NCBI GenBank assembly: GCA_951406725.2
Contig: OX597814.1
Span: forward strand, 143,344,001 to 143,408,000
Source: Octopus vulgaris
Lineage: Eukaryota
Direction of reading: 5' to 3'
Length of the DNA stretch: 64,000 bases
The notes beneath the pieces are model-generated. The model had not been told where the DNA came from, ran no database searches, and worked only from the letters and a program-made list of their open reading frames with translations. Each line of letters starts with the position of its first letter. Position 1 is the stretch's first letter. Both the position numbers and the translations under genes were made by a program. Shown piece by piece: positions 40,559 to 54,588 of the stretch.

Positions 40559-41123
40559 TACACAGAAAAGAAACACAGAAAGAAGGAGAGTAAAAAATGC
40601 GTGCAGAGGCTAGCGAATCAACATGGCGATATATATATATTATATATATTCTGATAAATTTACAGAAAAATTTTCTCTGTAAAAAAGAAACGAAAGAAAA
40701 CAAGAAACGAATTCGCAGTTATTGAACTTGTTTTCTTTTTGTAAGTTGTAAGAAAAGACATTCAGTAATGTAGTTTACAGGAGGTGAATTAGTAGTTAAA
40801 AAGTATTAATGACTCAAAATGACTAGAAATTTATCACCGAAGAAAATTCTCCTGAGATAATGATAAATATGGCACCATTACCATGTAAAACATTACAGTA
40901 CAGCTGGTTTGTTTCTGAAGCGAATTTAATGTGTAAGTGTAGATGAGACATGATCATCGGGCAACAGTCTAAATCCACCTTGTCACAAATATAAAACCAA
41001 CGTTAAAGCTCTGTTAGTTCATTGTTAATGAATATTGTTAATGAAATTATTGAATATAACTGTGATATTTTTAAAGCCCACAAACATTTATTTGCATCAA
41101 CATTTGTTACAAGTTTCGTTATA

Positions 41124-41194
41124 CATCGGGTCAACTCTTTGCAAGAAGACTTATGATAAACTCATAAGTCTTCTTGCATAGAGTTGACCCGATG
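41124..41194. repeat. Hairpin with 33-bp arms, one mismatch and a 5-nt loop
   Basis: catcgggtcaactctttgcaagaagacttatga / tcataagtcttcttgcatagagttgacccgatg. Confidence 0.95.
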
Positions 41195-41353
41195 CAACCA
41201 TCCCTTTCTTTTTCTTTTTTTTTTTTAAGAGATTACAATTTCCGAAGTATAAGTTGCCTCTGTGTTTTCTTTTCCTGGCGGATGTCCTGTGTGTGTACGC
41301 CCATTTGCCTTTTGTTGTTTTTTCCTGTTCTTTTGGGGTCCTGGATTTGCCTA

Positions 41354-41401
<48 letters not shown>

Positions 41402-41439
41402 ATACTTACATACATAAATCCATGAATGCATGCATACAT

Positions 41440-41615
41440 AAACTTTCCAGAAGTTTATCAAATAAACATATATGATTATGTCTAAATATGCAACTATATG
41501 CATGAGAATACATATATACATACATACAAACAAACAAACAAATATACCCTGTTGTTGATGTTGGAATTCCAATGAAGGAGCCTTGGACCTAGGCTAGAAA
41601 CCGGTTCTTTCTCTG
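41440..41615 (+). mobile_element. 3' UTR fragment of the TACA-associated R4/Dong-like LINE; a second copy lies at 56515-56660
   Basis: aaactttccagaagtttatca is identical to the end of the 39186-39780 ORF. Confidence 0.75.
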
Positions 41616-41767
41616 TTGAGATAGACAAATAGGTAGCTATAGATGTATATAAGGTATGTATATATAAACGAACACACACGTTTGTGTAAGTGTATATATA
41701 CGTGTATGTTTTCGTGTATGTGGTGCATATGTGTGTGTGTGTTCATGTTTGCACATTTTTTCGTTAT

Positions 41768-42185
41768 AGGCGCAGGCATTGCTACGTGGCTGAGAAGCTT
41801 GCTTTGTAACCACGCGTTTTCGTGTTCAGTCCTACTATGTAGTATCTTGGCGGAAGTGTCTTCTACTATAACCCTGGGCCGACCGATAACTTGCAAGTGA
41901 ATTTGGTAGACGGAAACTTTGTGGAAGCCCATCGCATATATATTTACATATGTGTATGTGTCTTTATCTTTGCGTTTCACTCCGAGCCATACCACATGAC
42001 AACCGATGCTAGTTTGTTTATGGCCCCCGTAAATTTCCGGTTCCAAAAAAAAAATGCCTGATAAAATAAATGCCAGATTAAAAAGAAAATATACCCTAGA
42101 GTTGATTAGTCCAACTAAAACACTTCAATGTGGTGTCCTAGTATGGTTACAGTCCAATGAAGGAAACAAATAAAGGAGAAAAGAT
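41768..42185 (+). mobile_element. SINE family A, decayed
   Basis: Head, core and tail motifs. Confidence 0.75.
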
Positions 42186-42451
42186 GTACAAATATATATA
42201 TAATGCAGTAGTGTATCTCAAGCCACGACCTGACAGTTTATGCACGTGTAATGTAGTAAGCAGCAATACTGTGATGTGATATGAAGAAACAGCAAAATTA
42301 AACTGGTTTCACTTTTTAAATGCATCAAGTCTGCAATTCTCTTTTATCTATATTAATAGTATTTTGCTAAATTGTTATTCAGTCTGTTTAAAAGACTGAT
42401 TTATCATTTTTCTATGTAGCTTATTCGACTTTCTCAACTGAGAAGACAATG

Positions 42452-42516
<65 letters not shown>

Positions 42517-42679
42517 TTATTTATGTAGCTGTACATATAATTTAAAGCAATCTATCTATATCAAAGTATACAATTAGCTATCTCTAAATATCTGTCTATT
42601 GAGAACAACATAAAATCCACACTGTCTTTCCAGAATAACACACTAATATATAGGAATACATATCAATAATTCTTTCTGT

Positions 42680-43315
42680 ACTGGACTCCACCGCAGGAAA
42701 GAAGCCATCAAAGAAGCTGGAGAAAAGACATTTTCAGTAAAACATCAACGACCGGATCTACTTATTGCAGCCATATACTAGCAGCTGAAAATGAACCTTG
42801 TTGAAAAATGAAGGTACATCATACCAACGATACACTTCCCGACATACTTATCTCCATAAATCCTACTAAGGAGATGACCATGCGAGAACTGATTGTTCAG
42901 TGAGAACAACTGAAGGAAGTTCATGAGAAAAATTTAGCAAACAGCAGGAACTATTTGGGCAGCGTAGAAGCCAAGACTTGCGGGCCCACTGCGAACCGTG
43001 TTGAGATAGACAAATAGGTAGCTATAGATGTATATAAGGTATGTATATAAGGTAGCTATGTGGGGAGATCATTTTGGAAAACTCTTCTGGGCTTGGAATT
43101 ACTGGCGCAGCGAAGAGGGCAGCCATAAGTTCCGTCGCCAAAATCACAAAGGAAACCACTATATGACTTTAGATAAAGAAGGCAGGCAAGGGGCTTGGTT
43201 CAACGGGAATGCAAGCTAGATAAATTCCGGTTGGGTCAACAGGGTGAAGTGGTGAATGGCTTGAAAGTTCTAAGATCTCATGACCATCACGGATAGTGTA
43301 TCCGTGAGATGTATC
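42680..43315 (+). mobile_element. HERO-like (restriction-like endonuclease) LINE 3' fragment, decayed
   Basis: TLPDILIS..MRELIVQ*EQLKEVHEK..QRRSQ..AHCEP-VE...VGRSFWK..GITGAAKRAAI. Confidence 0.6.
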
Positions 43316-44177
43316 TTGTAACTTACATACGCACACACACACACACACAAACAGACGCAAACCTCTACACGTTCAAGGGAATATTGTGATACGATCACGT
43401 TAACGCCATGGACATCGGATAACCAGCTTTTTGAGTCTATCTATTTATCTATCCGTCTGTGTGTGTGTGTGTGCATGTTTTGCGTAAGCAGAAAACAAAC
43501 AAAAAACTGCCAGAGGCTGGTTTTTCTGCTAGTTTAAATAATGATATGAATATTGTATAAGTAAAACTATGAAATTATACCTCTTTGCTGTGGGAATGAA
43601 GACGACTATGATACGAATTTACATTGTCTTCTCATACATTGGTTCCATTTTCAAAAGCAACATACCTTCATAATTTATAAACAGACGTTCACGAAAAAAG
43701 AAGCTACATACTGACTTTTGTTTTTCTTTAGCGGTTGGCGATCGATAAAATTGATTTCAGTAGAAAGGAAGAAATGCATGTATTCCTGCATGTTCACAAA
43801 TGTATGCCACTATTCATAAATAAACGTTATTTGGAGCTTAACAGCTTTGCTTCCATCTCGTATGAACGAAATTATCCTATTGATAAACGAGAAAAAATCC
43901 TTCACACCATGCTAATCTTACTTGCGAAATCCAAAGATCATAACTAGAGAACAATGTCTATTCATATTTTTACACAACCATCTCAATAGTCTATATTTGA
44001 TTTCCTCGTATGTCATTTTTTGATATATTCTCTTTTTCCGTACGTGTTTTCGATAATGTATGCATCTAACCACTATATTTTCGTAATTTATCCTTGTTGA
44101 ATATATCATCCGTCATCTTTGTGGCTAGTTGCAGTCTACTGGAGTTCGATGGATGATATCAACTATTTCCTGTCTAA

Positions 44178-45360
<1,183 letters not shown>

Positions 45361-45789
45361 TATTATATTTTCGATATCTTTTCCCTACAATACTGTTTTT
45401 TTTATGTAAGTAAACACACTCACCATATCCCGTGTGCCTTTGTTATTTTGAATTAGCATAATAAAAAGTAAATATAATTTTTTCAAATAAAATGGTAAAT
45501 AAATGTTTTTATAACCATTTTCCCTGTAATTCTCTTCTAAAATAGTTGTGCTGATGCAGTGTAATAAAACGATTAAATATGTTATGTTTCTCTAGTAATC
45601 TCAGTTTTACAACGAATTCCGTTTTAAAACAAAACCAACCAAACCTCACCAACACCTCAACTACTTCTGACCCCGCCCCCACCATGAATAACAAGAACAA
45701 GAGGAAACCATAAAACAACTACAGAACTGAAAATCAATAAGACCATGGACAGCCAAACTCCTGAACACAAAATTTCACTTTTATAAATG

Positions 45790-47480
45790 TGAGCAATGAA
45801 GAAGGAGATGACTTTAAGAGTTTGTTCGCAAGCGGTTACTTGACATTGAAATGTTGGTGGGCAACAATACATAAATATAATAAAAAGCACTTGTAGAAGA
45901 GACTCTCAAAGAGCTTGAAGTTGCCGAGTTAACTGCGATTATCCGTTTTTCCATAAATATAATGCACCGCCAATCACATTTTTCTAACATTGATAAATCA
46001 ATGATCTCAGGTAACAGGTCAGTAGAGTACAGATGAGATAGCCATCAATGAAACTAGGATTTCGAGATACAGGTACTTGCGTCCATCTTCGATGATTACG
46101 ATACCATAGTAGTCCAGAATTAATCGGTGGGTCGCAGTGTTGTTTGGAAATATTCATTTCAATAAACAAACGATCTTACTGAAACAGGATTGTAAGTAAC
46201 TGGTTCTAGAACTGAGCAGTAGCGAAATTGGATCATGATAGGAACACAGCAGCCATATTACATTAGGCGTCTAGGTTTCTAGCTTTCTTTAGAATGCCTC
46301 TCTCCTTAGTACTAGCGGGGGCTGGAACAGCATTTTATACGTTGTGACTGCAAAGATGTAACGACTAGCATACAGGAAAGTGTCTGTAGAAGTCTATTAA
46401 ATTTGTTCCAACAATTTCAACAGGATTGTAAGTAACTGGTTCTAGAACTGAGCAGTAGCGAAATCGGATCATGATAGGAACACAGCAGCCATATTACATT
46501 AGGCGTCTAGCTTTCTAGCTTTCTTTAGAATGCCTCTCTCCTTAGTACTAGCGGGGGCTGGAACAGCATTTTATACGTTGTGATTGCAAAGGTGTAACGA
46601 CTAGCATACAGGAAAGTGTCTGTAGAAGTCTATTAAATTTGTTCCAACAATTTCAACGATCTGATAGAAAACGACTGGATTTCCCAAATGCGATGGTCTA
46701 GACTCTAGAGTCTATACATAAAGTAGCTGCCTCGTGTTTGTATCTAGATAAGGTATTTGTTAGGTCGGTGAACAAAGTTATTGAAAAATGTTCACAATTA
46801 AAATTTGTTGAATACGCAGATCCCAAAACTTGTCATGTGCTTGGTCGACCTAGTTAGAACCTAGTTATTGGACGTTAGCGCGTCGTTTCCGACAAACAAA
46901 GCTTATAGTGACTGGCTTTGTGTATTTATTAGGCAGTGGCTCGTTGAATAATCTTGATAAACTCAAAGCATTATGCAAAGTTGAACATCTCTATTTGAGG
47001 GTTTTCGTATGTCCAACCAGTTTCAGCCTTGTTTTTAAAGAATGAATCAATGCAATATAGATCTTCATTGGTCGATGGTTAAGACAAATAGACAAAGAGA
47101 GAACTGTCCGAGTGTAACACACTCGGTATATCATTTCAATACCGTTAGTCTCGTTTTAGGATCTTGGCTTTTACTCTACGAGCTAGATGCAGCGAGACTC
47201 ATCCTACTCGAAGGATGGCAATTCAGTGAAACAGTATTTGCAAATGAGGATGGCGTTACTCTTACGGTGACAGATATCTCAGTAGAGAAACTCGTGTTGC
47301 CGTTAGGGATGTGTACTTTGTAACCTTGTCCATTGAAGTATGGATACTTCTCAAAAATCATTGGCGAAGCTGTGTTAACGACGATGTAAATGTCTCAATT
47401 TAAACCTCTCATATATCACAGTAGTGGTGCCAACATGACGTGCAACAGAAGCCGAGTGAAAAAGACAAATGTCATTTCTG
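45790..47480 (-). pseudogene. Large pseudo-exon: FN3 end, laminin-G, then several FN3
   Basis: One frame from 47361 to 46801 reads YPYFNGQGY..NTSFSTEISVTVR ... IDQ*RSI ... G*NWLD ... LFVG ... TSFGICVF (LamG hallmarks) with about 10 stops. Downstream frameshifted FN3 motifs: SRYTFAITT, CNMAA..S*SDFATAQ, PVSVRS-LFIE, ILDYYGIV, LLPT..FQCQVTAC. Confidence 0.6.
46183..46657. repeat. 236-bp tandem duplication with 4 differences and AAC microhomology
   Basis: Units start at 46183 and 46419. Confidence 0.95.
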
Positions 47481-47664
47481 TAATCACACATTGTTCGCTG
47501 ATATCGTTGCTGATATGTAGTGTAATTTGGATATCAATCACACACTACAGCTTCTTCCTATTCCATACAATGAGACTGTATAACTATTTCACATGTTCTG
47601 TTCACTCAATAAAATATGAGGCTATATGAATACAAACACTACGAGCACATACAAGCATATCTAT

Positions 47665-47713
47665 CTTGTAATTTGTGCCGTCTGTGTGCAGCCCTGTGTG
47701 GCTAATAAAGAAA
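47665..47713 (+). mobile_element. Ultra-truncated Tx1 3' tail with TSD CATATCTATC
   Basis: Matches 49514-49562; TSD at 47656-47665 and 47714-47723. Confidence 0.8.
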
Positions 47714-47715
47714 CA

Positions 47716-47769
<54 letters not shown>

Positions 47770-47770
47770 A

Positions 47771-47936
<166 letters not shown>

Positions 47937-47940
47937 GTCT

Positions 47941-49562
47941 ACTCCAAGTGGAGAAGAACTGGAACGAGATAACGAGTAGGGTGGTCACTCTCGCCCAGCA
48001 ATGGGCCGAGAGGAAACTGTCCCTAAAAGGTCGGGCGGAGGTGGCGAACACGTACATCGCGTCTGTCATCTACTACCGCCTGACCGTCGTACCTTGTCCC
48101 GACCCTACCATCACCAAACTACAACGCATTCTCTTTCGCTTCTTGTGGAAAGGATGCGTTCCGATGGTCAGGCGATCTATTTGCTGTCAACACCCGTTAA
48201 AAGGAGGGCTGGGCATGCCGTGGTTGATGATGCGCAGACACGCGCTGAGACTGCGACATCTCTGGCTCTATGTAGACGACGGTGAACAGGTGTGGTCGCC
48301 GTTTGTGAGGCACGCTTTCCCGCAGCTCGTCTCCATGACCGAACTGCAGTTGTGGATCAAAAAGAGGCCGAGGAAAGGCGAATGGCACCGCGAGTGTCGC
48401 GTTGCTCTCAAGCAACTCTGCCGTCCTGGGTCGACCTTGAGTGACTTCAACACAACCAAAGCATTATATAGGGGATTAGTGGAGGGGAGGTACGACGATG
48501 AGCTCGGGGCGAACCTGGACGTCGACGAGGAGTACCTGACCCGCCTGTTCAGGACGACTTTCGGGCCAGGGCCCATGGACAACTTCCAGAGATCCCTGGC
48601 CAGGCAGTGTTACCGAGAAGCGCTACCCGTTCGGATAAGCTCTACAGACACGGCTCGAGAAACACGGGGCCGACCTGCCCGAGATGCGGTCAGAGCGACG
48701 AAACCGTTCTGCACGCACTCGTGCAGTGTCCAACAATTTCCGACCTGTGGGCTTGTGTCGAACAACTGCTGTCACGTGTGGGACGAGTCGGTTTATCAGC
48801 TGAGTCTATCGTCAATATTGTCACGCCTCCTTCCTTCAAACGGGAAGGAAGAGCTATTTTCATCATCCTTGTGGCTATGGCGAAAGAATGTATCTGGTGG
48901 ACGCATCTGAAAGGATTGGAGACAAACACTTTCCTCTCTGGTCAATCTCTCATCAACTTCTTCAAGTACCACTTGAAAAGGAAAGTGAGAGTAGAGAGGC
49001 AAGTTTTGTCTAGCGAATGTTTAAAAAAAGATGGGTGAATGTAGCAAGGATGGCACGTATGAATGACGAAGCCACCTTGAGCATAATCCTATGAACCCAG
49101 AAATTGAAAACAGAGGGTTACCCACTTGCAAACAAATGTGGTAACATATAACAATATTGACCAAGGTTACCGTGGTCTTTTTCGTAGGCTTTTCTTCCCA
49201 CGGATAAACCTTACTTGCTTTCCCCTTTACACCATATATCATAACACTGTGATACACGATCCCTATTGATCGTTCTTTTTTTTCCTCTTCCCCTTTTTTT
49301 CCCTTTTTTTCTTCTTTTTTCATTTCTCTTTTCTTTTGTTCCTTTTCCCTTTCTTTTTTTTCCTTTTATTCTTTTTATTTTTTATTCTATTTTTTAAATT
49401 TAATCTAATTTAATTTTTTTTGTTTTGTTGTTCTTTTCTTCCCTTTTACGATCCCTCTTGATCGAAAACCTACGCCAGCCCCTTTTTTTCATCCCCCAAA
49501 AGAAAAGCTCTACCTTGTAACTTGTCCCATCTGTGTGCAGCCCTGTGTGGCCAATAAAGAAA
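47941..49562 (+). mobile_element. 5'-truncated Tx1/L1-clade LINE (ORF2 C-terminus with CCHC finger) in (TATC)n
   Basis: WAERKLSLKGRAEVANTYIAS..LFRFLWKG..GGLGMP; CPRCGQSDETVLHALVQC; TSD TATCTGTCT at 47932-47940 and 49565-49573. Confidence 0.9.
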
Positions 49563-49605
49563 CTTATCTGTCTGTATGTCGGTCTTTCTGGTTGTCTATC
49601 CCTAA

Positions 49606-49684
<79 letters not shown>

Positions 49685-49861
49685 GCTAGCTAGCTAGCTA
49701 GCTATCTATCTAGATTTCTATTAATATTGATGTTTCTTTTTTATATATATTAACTGCATAAAGAAAAAATACTCTAAGCACACTAAAATATTCATTTTAT
49801 CAAACGTTGACATAAACTTCCAAGTTTCGCCAAGTAAGACTCTCCAATCTATTGTAAAGAA

Positions 49862-50149
49862 ACGTATGATAAGACTTAAGTGTTATAAAAAATTGAAGAG
49901 TTTAGTGTTATAGGCAACCTGATACTACAAAAGACAATAATGGTAATGACTTCACATTTAGACATTGCTCTAACAGTTTTTGTGGGGAGGTTGACTAGCA
50001 CTTTACGTATGATAAGACTTAAGTGTTATAAAAAATTGAAGAGTTTAGTGTTATAGGCAATCTGATACTACAAAAGACAATAATGATAATGACTTCACAT
50101 TTAGACATTGCCCTAATAGTTTTTGTGGGGAGGTTGACTAGTACTTTAC
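49862..50149. repeat. 143-bp tandem duplication
   Basis: Units start at 49862 and 50005. Confidence 0.95.
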
Positions 50150-50349
50150 TTTATCGACCCCGAAAGAATGAAAGGCAAAGTTAACTTCGGCGTGACTAGA
50201 ACACAGAACATAAGATGCCGGAATAGTATATTCTATATGCCAACGAAATCGAAAGATTGTGAGAAATACATTTTATTGGAGTTGAATTGAGCTGTGATCA
50301 ATTGCATGTGTATATAGGATAGTTTAATTTATATGTTAATTTCTTTGAC

Positions 50350-50645
50350 ACTCTATGAAGCATAGGAGCCGACAAAAGAACTCTACCTTTATCAGTCTTT
50401 GCCAATAGATTGCAGTTGTCTCCATCTGTAGCTGTCTAACTTCAGTTTCTTCAGTTTCAGTAGACGTCCATGTTTTGGTCTGCTATGCTTGTATTTCCTT
50501 TGGGACGTTCATTGGAGAGCCTGCCTTGTAATACCGGAAAGAGGTTTCCATAGGGTGTCTCCTAGCCAACCCCATTTCCTTCGATTGATCTGACTTCTGC
50601 TTAGTTACTGATTCGTTTTGTCTCGCAGGTCTTTGTTTGTGAGAC
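50350..50645 (-). mobile_element. RTE-clade LINE 3' fragment
   Basis: NKDLRDKTNQ..INRRKWGWLGDTLWKP..ITRQALQ*TSQRKYKHSRPK. Confidence 0.75.
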
Positions 50646-51050
50646 TGTCACATAGTTTATGGAATTACATAGCAAAGCCATTAAATTTGAAAATATCTGT
50701 TCACACTTCTAACAGACTGTCGGAATAGTGCGTAAATCTTTGTTCAAAGTCAGCATAGTATCACCCTCACTGGAGACACACCTAAAGATCATTATAATTT
50801 ATGAAAACTTGTTTTCATAATGTCAATAATGTTTTACAGCTTTTACAGTGTTCACAGACCATTGAGCAACACTCATGATATCGGCATTTCGAAGTGAATC
50901 ATCATGATACATGGAACACTTTTCCAATATTCAAATGGCTTCCAACCCTCGATGTCAGTGAAATTTACTCAACAACAAGTTTAATCTTTAGGCAATCCAA
51001 CGCCGTAACTGTTCCCCGATTCATCAAGTTGTATCGAGATGATAAAAACA
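50645..51050 (-). pseudogene. Pseudo-exon(s), FN3; cut on the left by an RTE fragment
   Basis: SRYNLMNRG, VNFTDIEGWKPFEY, YSDSLLEV*TD and LLCNSINYVTVS resemble usherin FN3 motifs FTD..GL.PF..YEY and ACNS.GC..S. Confidence 0.5.
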
Positions 51051-51268
51051 TCAAATTTAGTCAGAATACTTTGTATATATATGTATATACACACACACAT
51101 ATGTGTGTGTGTGTATGTGTGTGTGTGCGTGTGTGCTTATGTATCGATGTATATATGTTTGTATGCATATTAATGGCCGTTTTTACATTGAGTTACAATA
51201 AAAGCAATTTTAGATTAAGCTGAAGAATTACTCAATAGATGTAGAGTACATGTTTGTTATATTTTTAC

Positions 51269-51473
51269 CAGAAGAACAGTGACATTGACTTCGAAGTCTC
51301 GAGAGTCTGGTGAAGGCTTAGGCCGCCACTGTCATCACTTTTCTTGCAAATTATGTAGAATGTGTGAGTGTTGCGTAATGGGTTTACTTCGCACCTCATG
51401 TTACTTAAAGCTATGTCGACGTGAAACAAACATGCCCAGCTCATGTTTACAAAGCTTTCAGTAACACGAGGAG
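51269..51473 (-). pseudogene. Pseudo-exon, FN3
   Basis: Acceptor tttacatAG and donor GTAAAA; PRVTESFVNMSW...NPLRNTHTFYII...TLETS. Confidence 0.5.
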
Positions 51474-51551
51474 CTATGTAAACATAGTACTCACTAAATA
51501 CAATTTCGACTATAAGTGTTGAGTTCTACTTCCGTTCGTTTCCATATTCAC

Positions 51552-51635
<84 letters not shown>

Positions 51636-52089
51636 TCATACACACATTATGCGGATGTTCAATGGCTGAAGGATTATTTTGCATTTGTTAAACAATCTTT
51701 TATGTATTTCATGATTGTCTTTACGATTAACTCCTATCTATTCCAAACGTATATTTATTACATTAAAGACTGACTCGATGCATCTGCATGCGGCTAAAAT
51801 GTCTTAATATGCAGTGCTTTAATTAATTATTCAACAAACTATTTGAATAAAAAAAGATACGTTTTGTTAACAAGAATAAGTCACTATATTTCAGTCATGT
51901 ACAATGCAATCTCACTTCGAAACCAGTTATCGTTTCGCAAACTCCGTTCCATTTACATACATAGAACAACTACTGTCGACTGGTGCAAGCTACACCGATA
52001 TTCTGCCCATTCTAAAGTGCTCAGAGTGTGATTGTTTCTCTATACTATTCCATTTGCATATTAAAACCCTAAATTTATGTTAATTTAAC

Positions 52090-52440
52090 CTTTCATGCGT
52101 TAAAATCTCTCGTACGTCAAGACTCCTCGCACACCAAAAACTCTCTCGTACTTCAAAACATTTCGACAGTTTTGAGGTAACAACGCCCAGTTGTTGGACT
52201 CGTTGAATTATCTAGCAAATCGGTTGACATGCTTGCGCACTTTTAGTGCCATTCTCAAATAGAATCTGATATAGACTGTTTGATCGTTGGATTACAAGTA
52301 CCAAGCATGCAATGATTTTCGTCCAGTCGATTTTTCTCAATGCCTGATCTAAGGATACCGTAAAGACAAAAACGGCAGATAGTGAAATGGAAACAGATAT
52401 CGTAGTTTCAAAGCGAACGTTTGAAATCACTCAACGTATA
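52090..52440 (-). pseudogene. Pseudo-exon, laminin-EGF repeats
   Basis: Strong acceptor ttctatttttcttttAG at 52441; fragments CRFCLYG..., HCMLGTCNP, NGTKSAQACQPIC, SPTTGRCY, CFEVRESFW; multiple stops. Confidence 0.5.
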
Positions 52441-52569
52441 CTAAAAGAAAAATAGAATATATCTAGTGTCATAACAATGATCTCGTTCAGATCATCCTCT
52501 TAGGGCTAAATCTCATTCCAAATGATTACATGTCTCCTGTACCACAGATCTTACAAGCAACTCTTCAAT

Positions 52570-52720
52570 ATAGGCGCAAGCATATCTCTGTGGTAAGAAA
52601 TTTGCTTCCTAACCATATGGCTTTGGCTTCAGTCAAAGAGACTCAGATTTTCTACTGTAACTTCGGACGACAGAAGGTTTTTCAGTGGATCTGGCAGGCG
52701 AAAACTGAAAGACACCCATG

Positions 52721-52783
<63 letters not shown>

Positions 52784-52811
52784 TGTATGTATGTATGTAT
52801 GTATGTATGTA

Positions 52812-52851
<40 letters not shown>

Positions 52852-52960
52852 CGTGTGTCTATGTATGTATATATACAGGGCGAGAGAGATGTGTCTTCGT
52901 GATTTTGTTTATCATTCACCACCATTTGACAACTGGAGTTGGTGCGCTCACATCCCCATA
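52570..52960 (+). mobile_element. SINE family A 5' part, truncated by a fold-back
   Basis: Head and internal microsatellite. Confidence 0.7.
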
Positions 52961-53002
52961 TATTAGCAGTGTGACGCATATGTATATGCGTATATATATA
53001 AT

Positions 53003-53086
<84 letters not shown>

Positions 53087-53545
53087 TTATTATATAGAAG
53101 GAGCTTCTACAGGACTAGAACTGTTTCATTCAAGAGAAATCTTCAGGAAGCACTGAAGATTCTCTTGAATGAAACAGTTCTAGAAGATTTCTCTTGAATG
53201 AAACAGTTCTAGTCCTGTAGAAGCTCCTTCTATATAATAAATTAATTTTACTCTGCTATGTATTGAGTACCTTATTTACTGTGGTTAACCCCGAATCAAC
53301 CCGGGACCTACATATATATATATAAACATTATATATATACGCATATACATATGCGTCACACTGCTAATATATATAGTCAAGGACATAGAAACAATTCAAG
53401 CCTATATACTGAAGATAGACGCTAAATAGTCTCACCACTTTAAAAATAATCATAACGTTATACATGTGCTGAAATAGGAGTAGAGAGATTATTTAGCGTC
53501 TATATCCAGCATATATGCTAGAATTTTCTCTGTGACAATCCTAAT
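52958..53545. repeat. Nested inverted repeats with hammerhead-like cores
   Basis: Outer IR 52958-53012/53315-53372; inner IR 53086-53150/53184-53241; third IR at about 53390-53435/53485-53530. Confidence 0.85.
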
Positions 53546-53738
53546 TATATATGATTTTAACTTAGTAGGTCTATTTTATATACTGGCTATTGATAAAAAA
53601 GATTTAAGATTATATATATATATACTGGTAAGATTATATATATGAGTATATATACATAAATATATACGAACGTACACAAACGCATATGCAAGCATAAACA
53701 TACATTTGCAGGTTCAATATATGCTCTCTCTCTCTCTC

Positions 53739-53828
<90 letters not shown>

Positions 53829-54547
53829 GAGTTACACATATACATGTATATACATTTATATATATGATATATTTTTTGTTTAAATTAAAACTGTGAATAG
53901 GTATCAATGAAACTCCTGTTTTCCCACTTTTTTTTTCAGCATTTCAGGATGGTTTTATGTTCGCCGGTGTGTCTTCAATATTTTCTAAATGGCTTTCGTT
54001 TCCATTGTCCGGTTCGTAAATATTGTTTTCTTAAATTTTATCTTTGGATGACAACGTTTTATGCGCCAATTATTCGGCTGCTCTCTTTTCATTGGTCGGT
54101 TTCGATACTACATCCGGCTTGCCACCGGAGTCTTTAGCAGAATTATAATTCATACTTTCGAACTTCTTGTGCTATCTCTTTTCAATACCCAATTCGAAGT
54201 TTGGTGTGATGCTGCTTATCACTAATCTATTCGTGATATATACACATATGTATGTAAACACACACATACACTTACGCACATACGCATAGATATACACGTA
54301 TATAAATGTATATATATATACATGTACATATAAATGTGTATAATTATACAGTACATATAAATATGTGTGTGTATATATATATATATATATATACATACAT
54401 GTATTTATGCATACACACATGAATATATATATACATGCATATATATACATACATATATACATACATATATATATAAATATATATATATATAAATACATAC
54501 ATATATATACATACATACATATATATATATATACATATATATATATA

Positions 54548-54588
<41 letters not shown>

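Noticed and set aside
43915-44170. Possible FN3 remnant ISSIELQ*TA on the minus strand; similar weak island at 9005-9230
   Set aside because: Consistent with the pseudogene but too weak to list as separate features
47042-47323. Plus-strand 93-aa ORF that looks protein-like
   Set aside because: Antisense shadow of the LamG pseudo-exon; no recognisable motif
47417-47474. Apparent signal peptide MTFVFFTRLLLHVMLAPLL on the minus strand
   Set aside because: Followed by stops; better explained as a frameshifted FN3 end in the middle of the pseudogene
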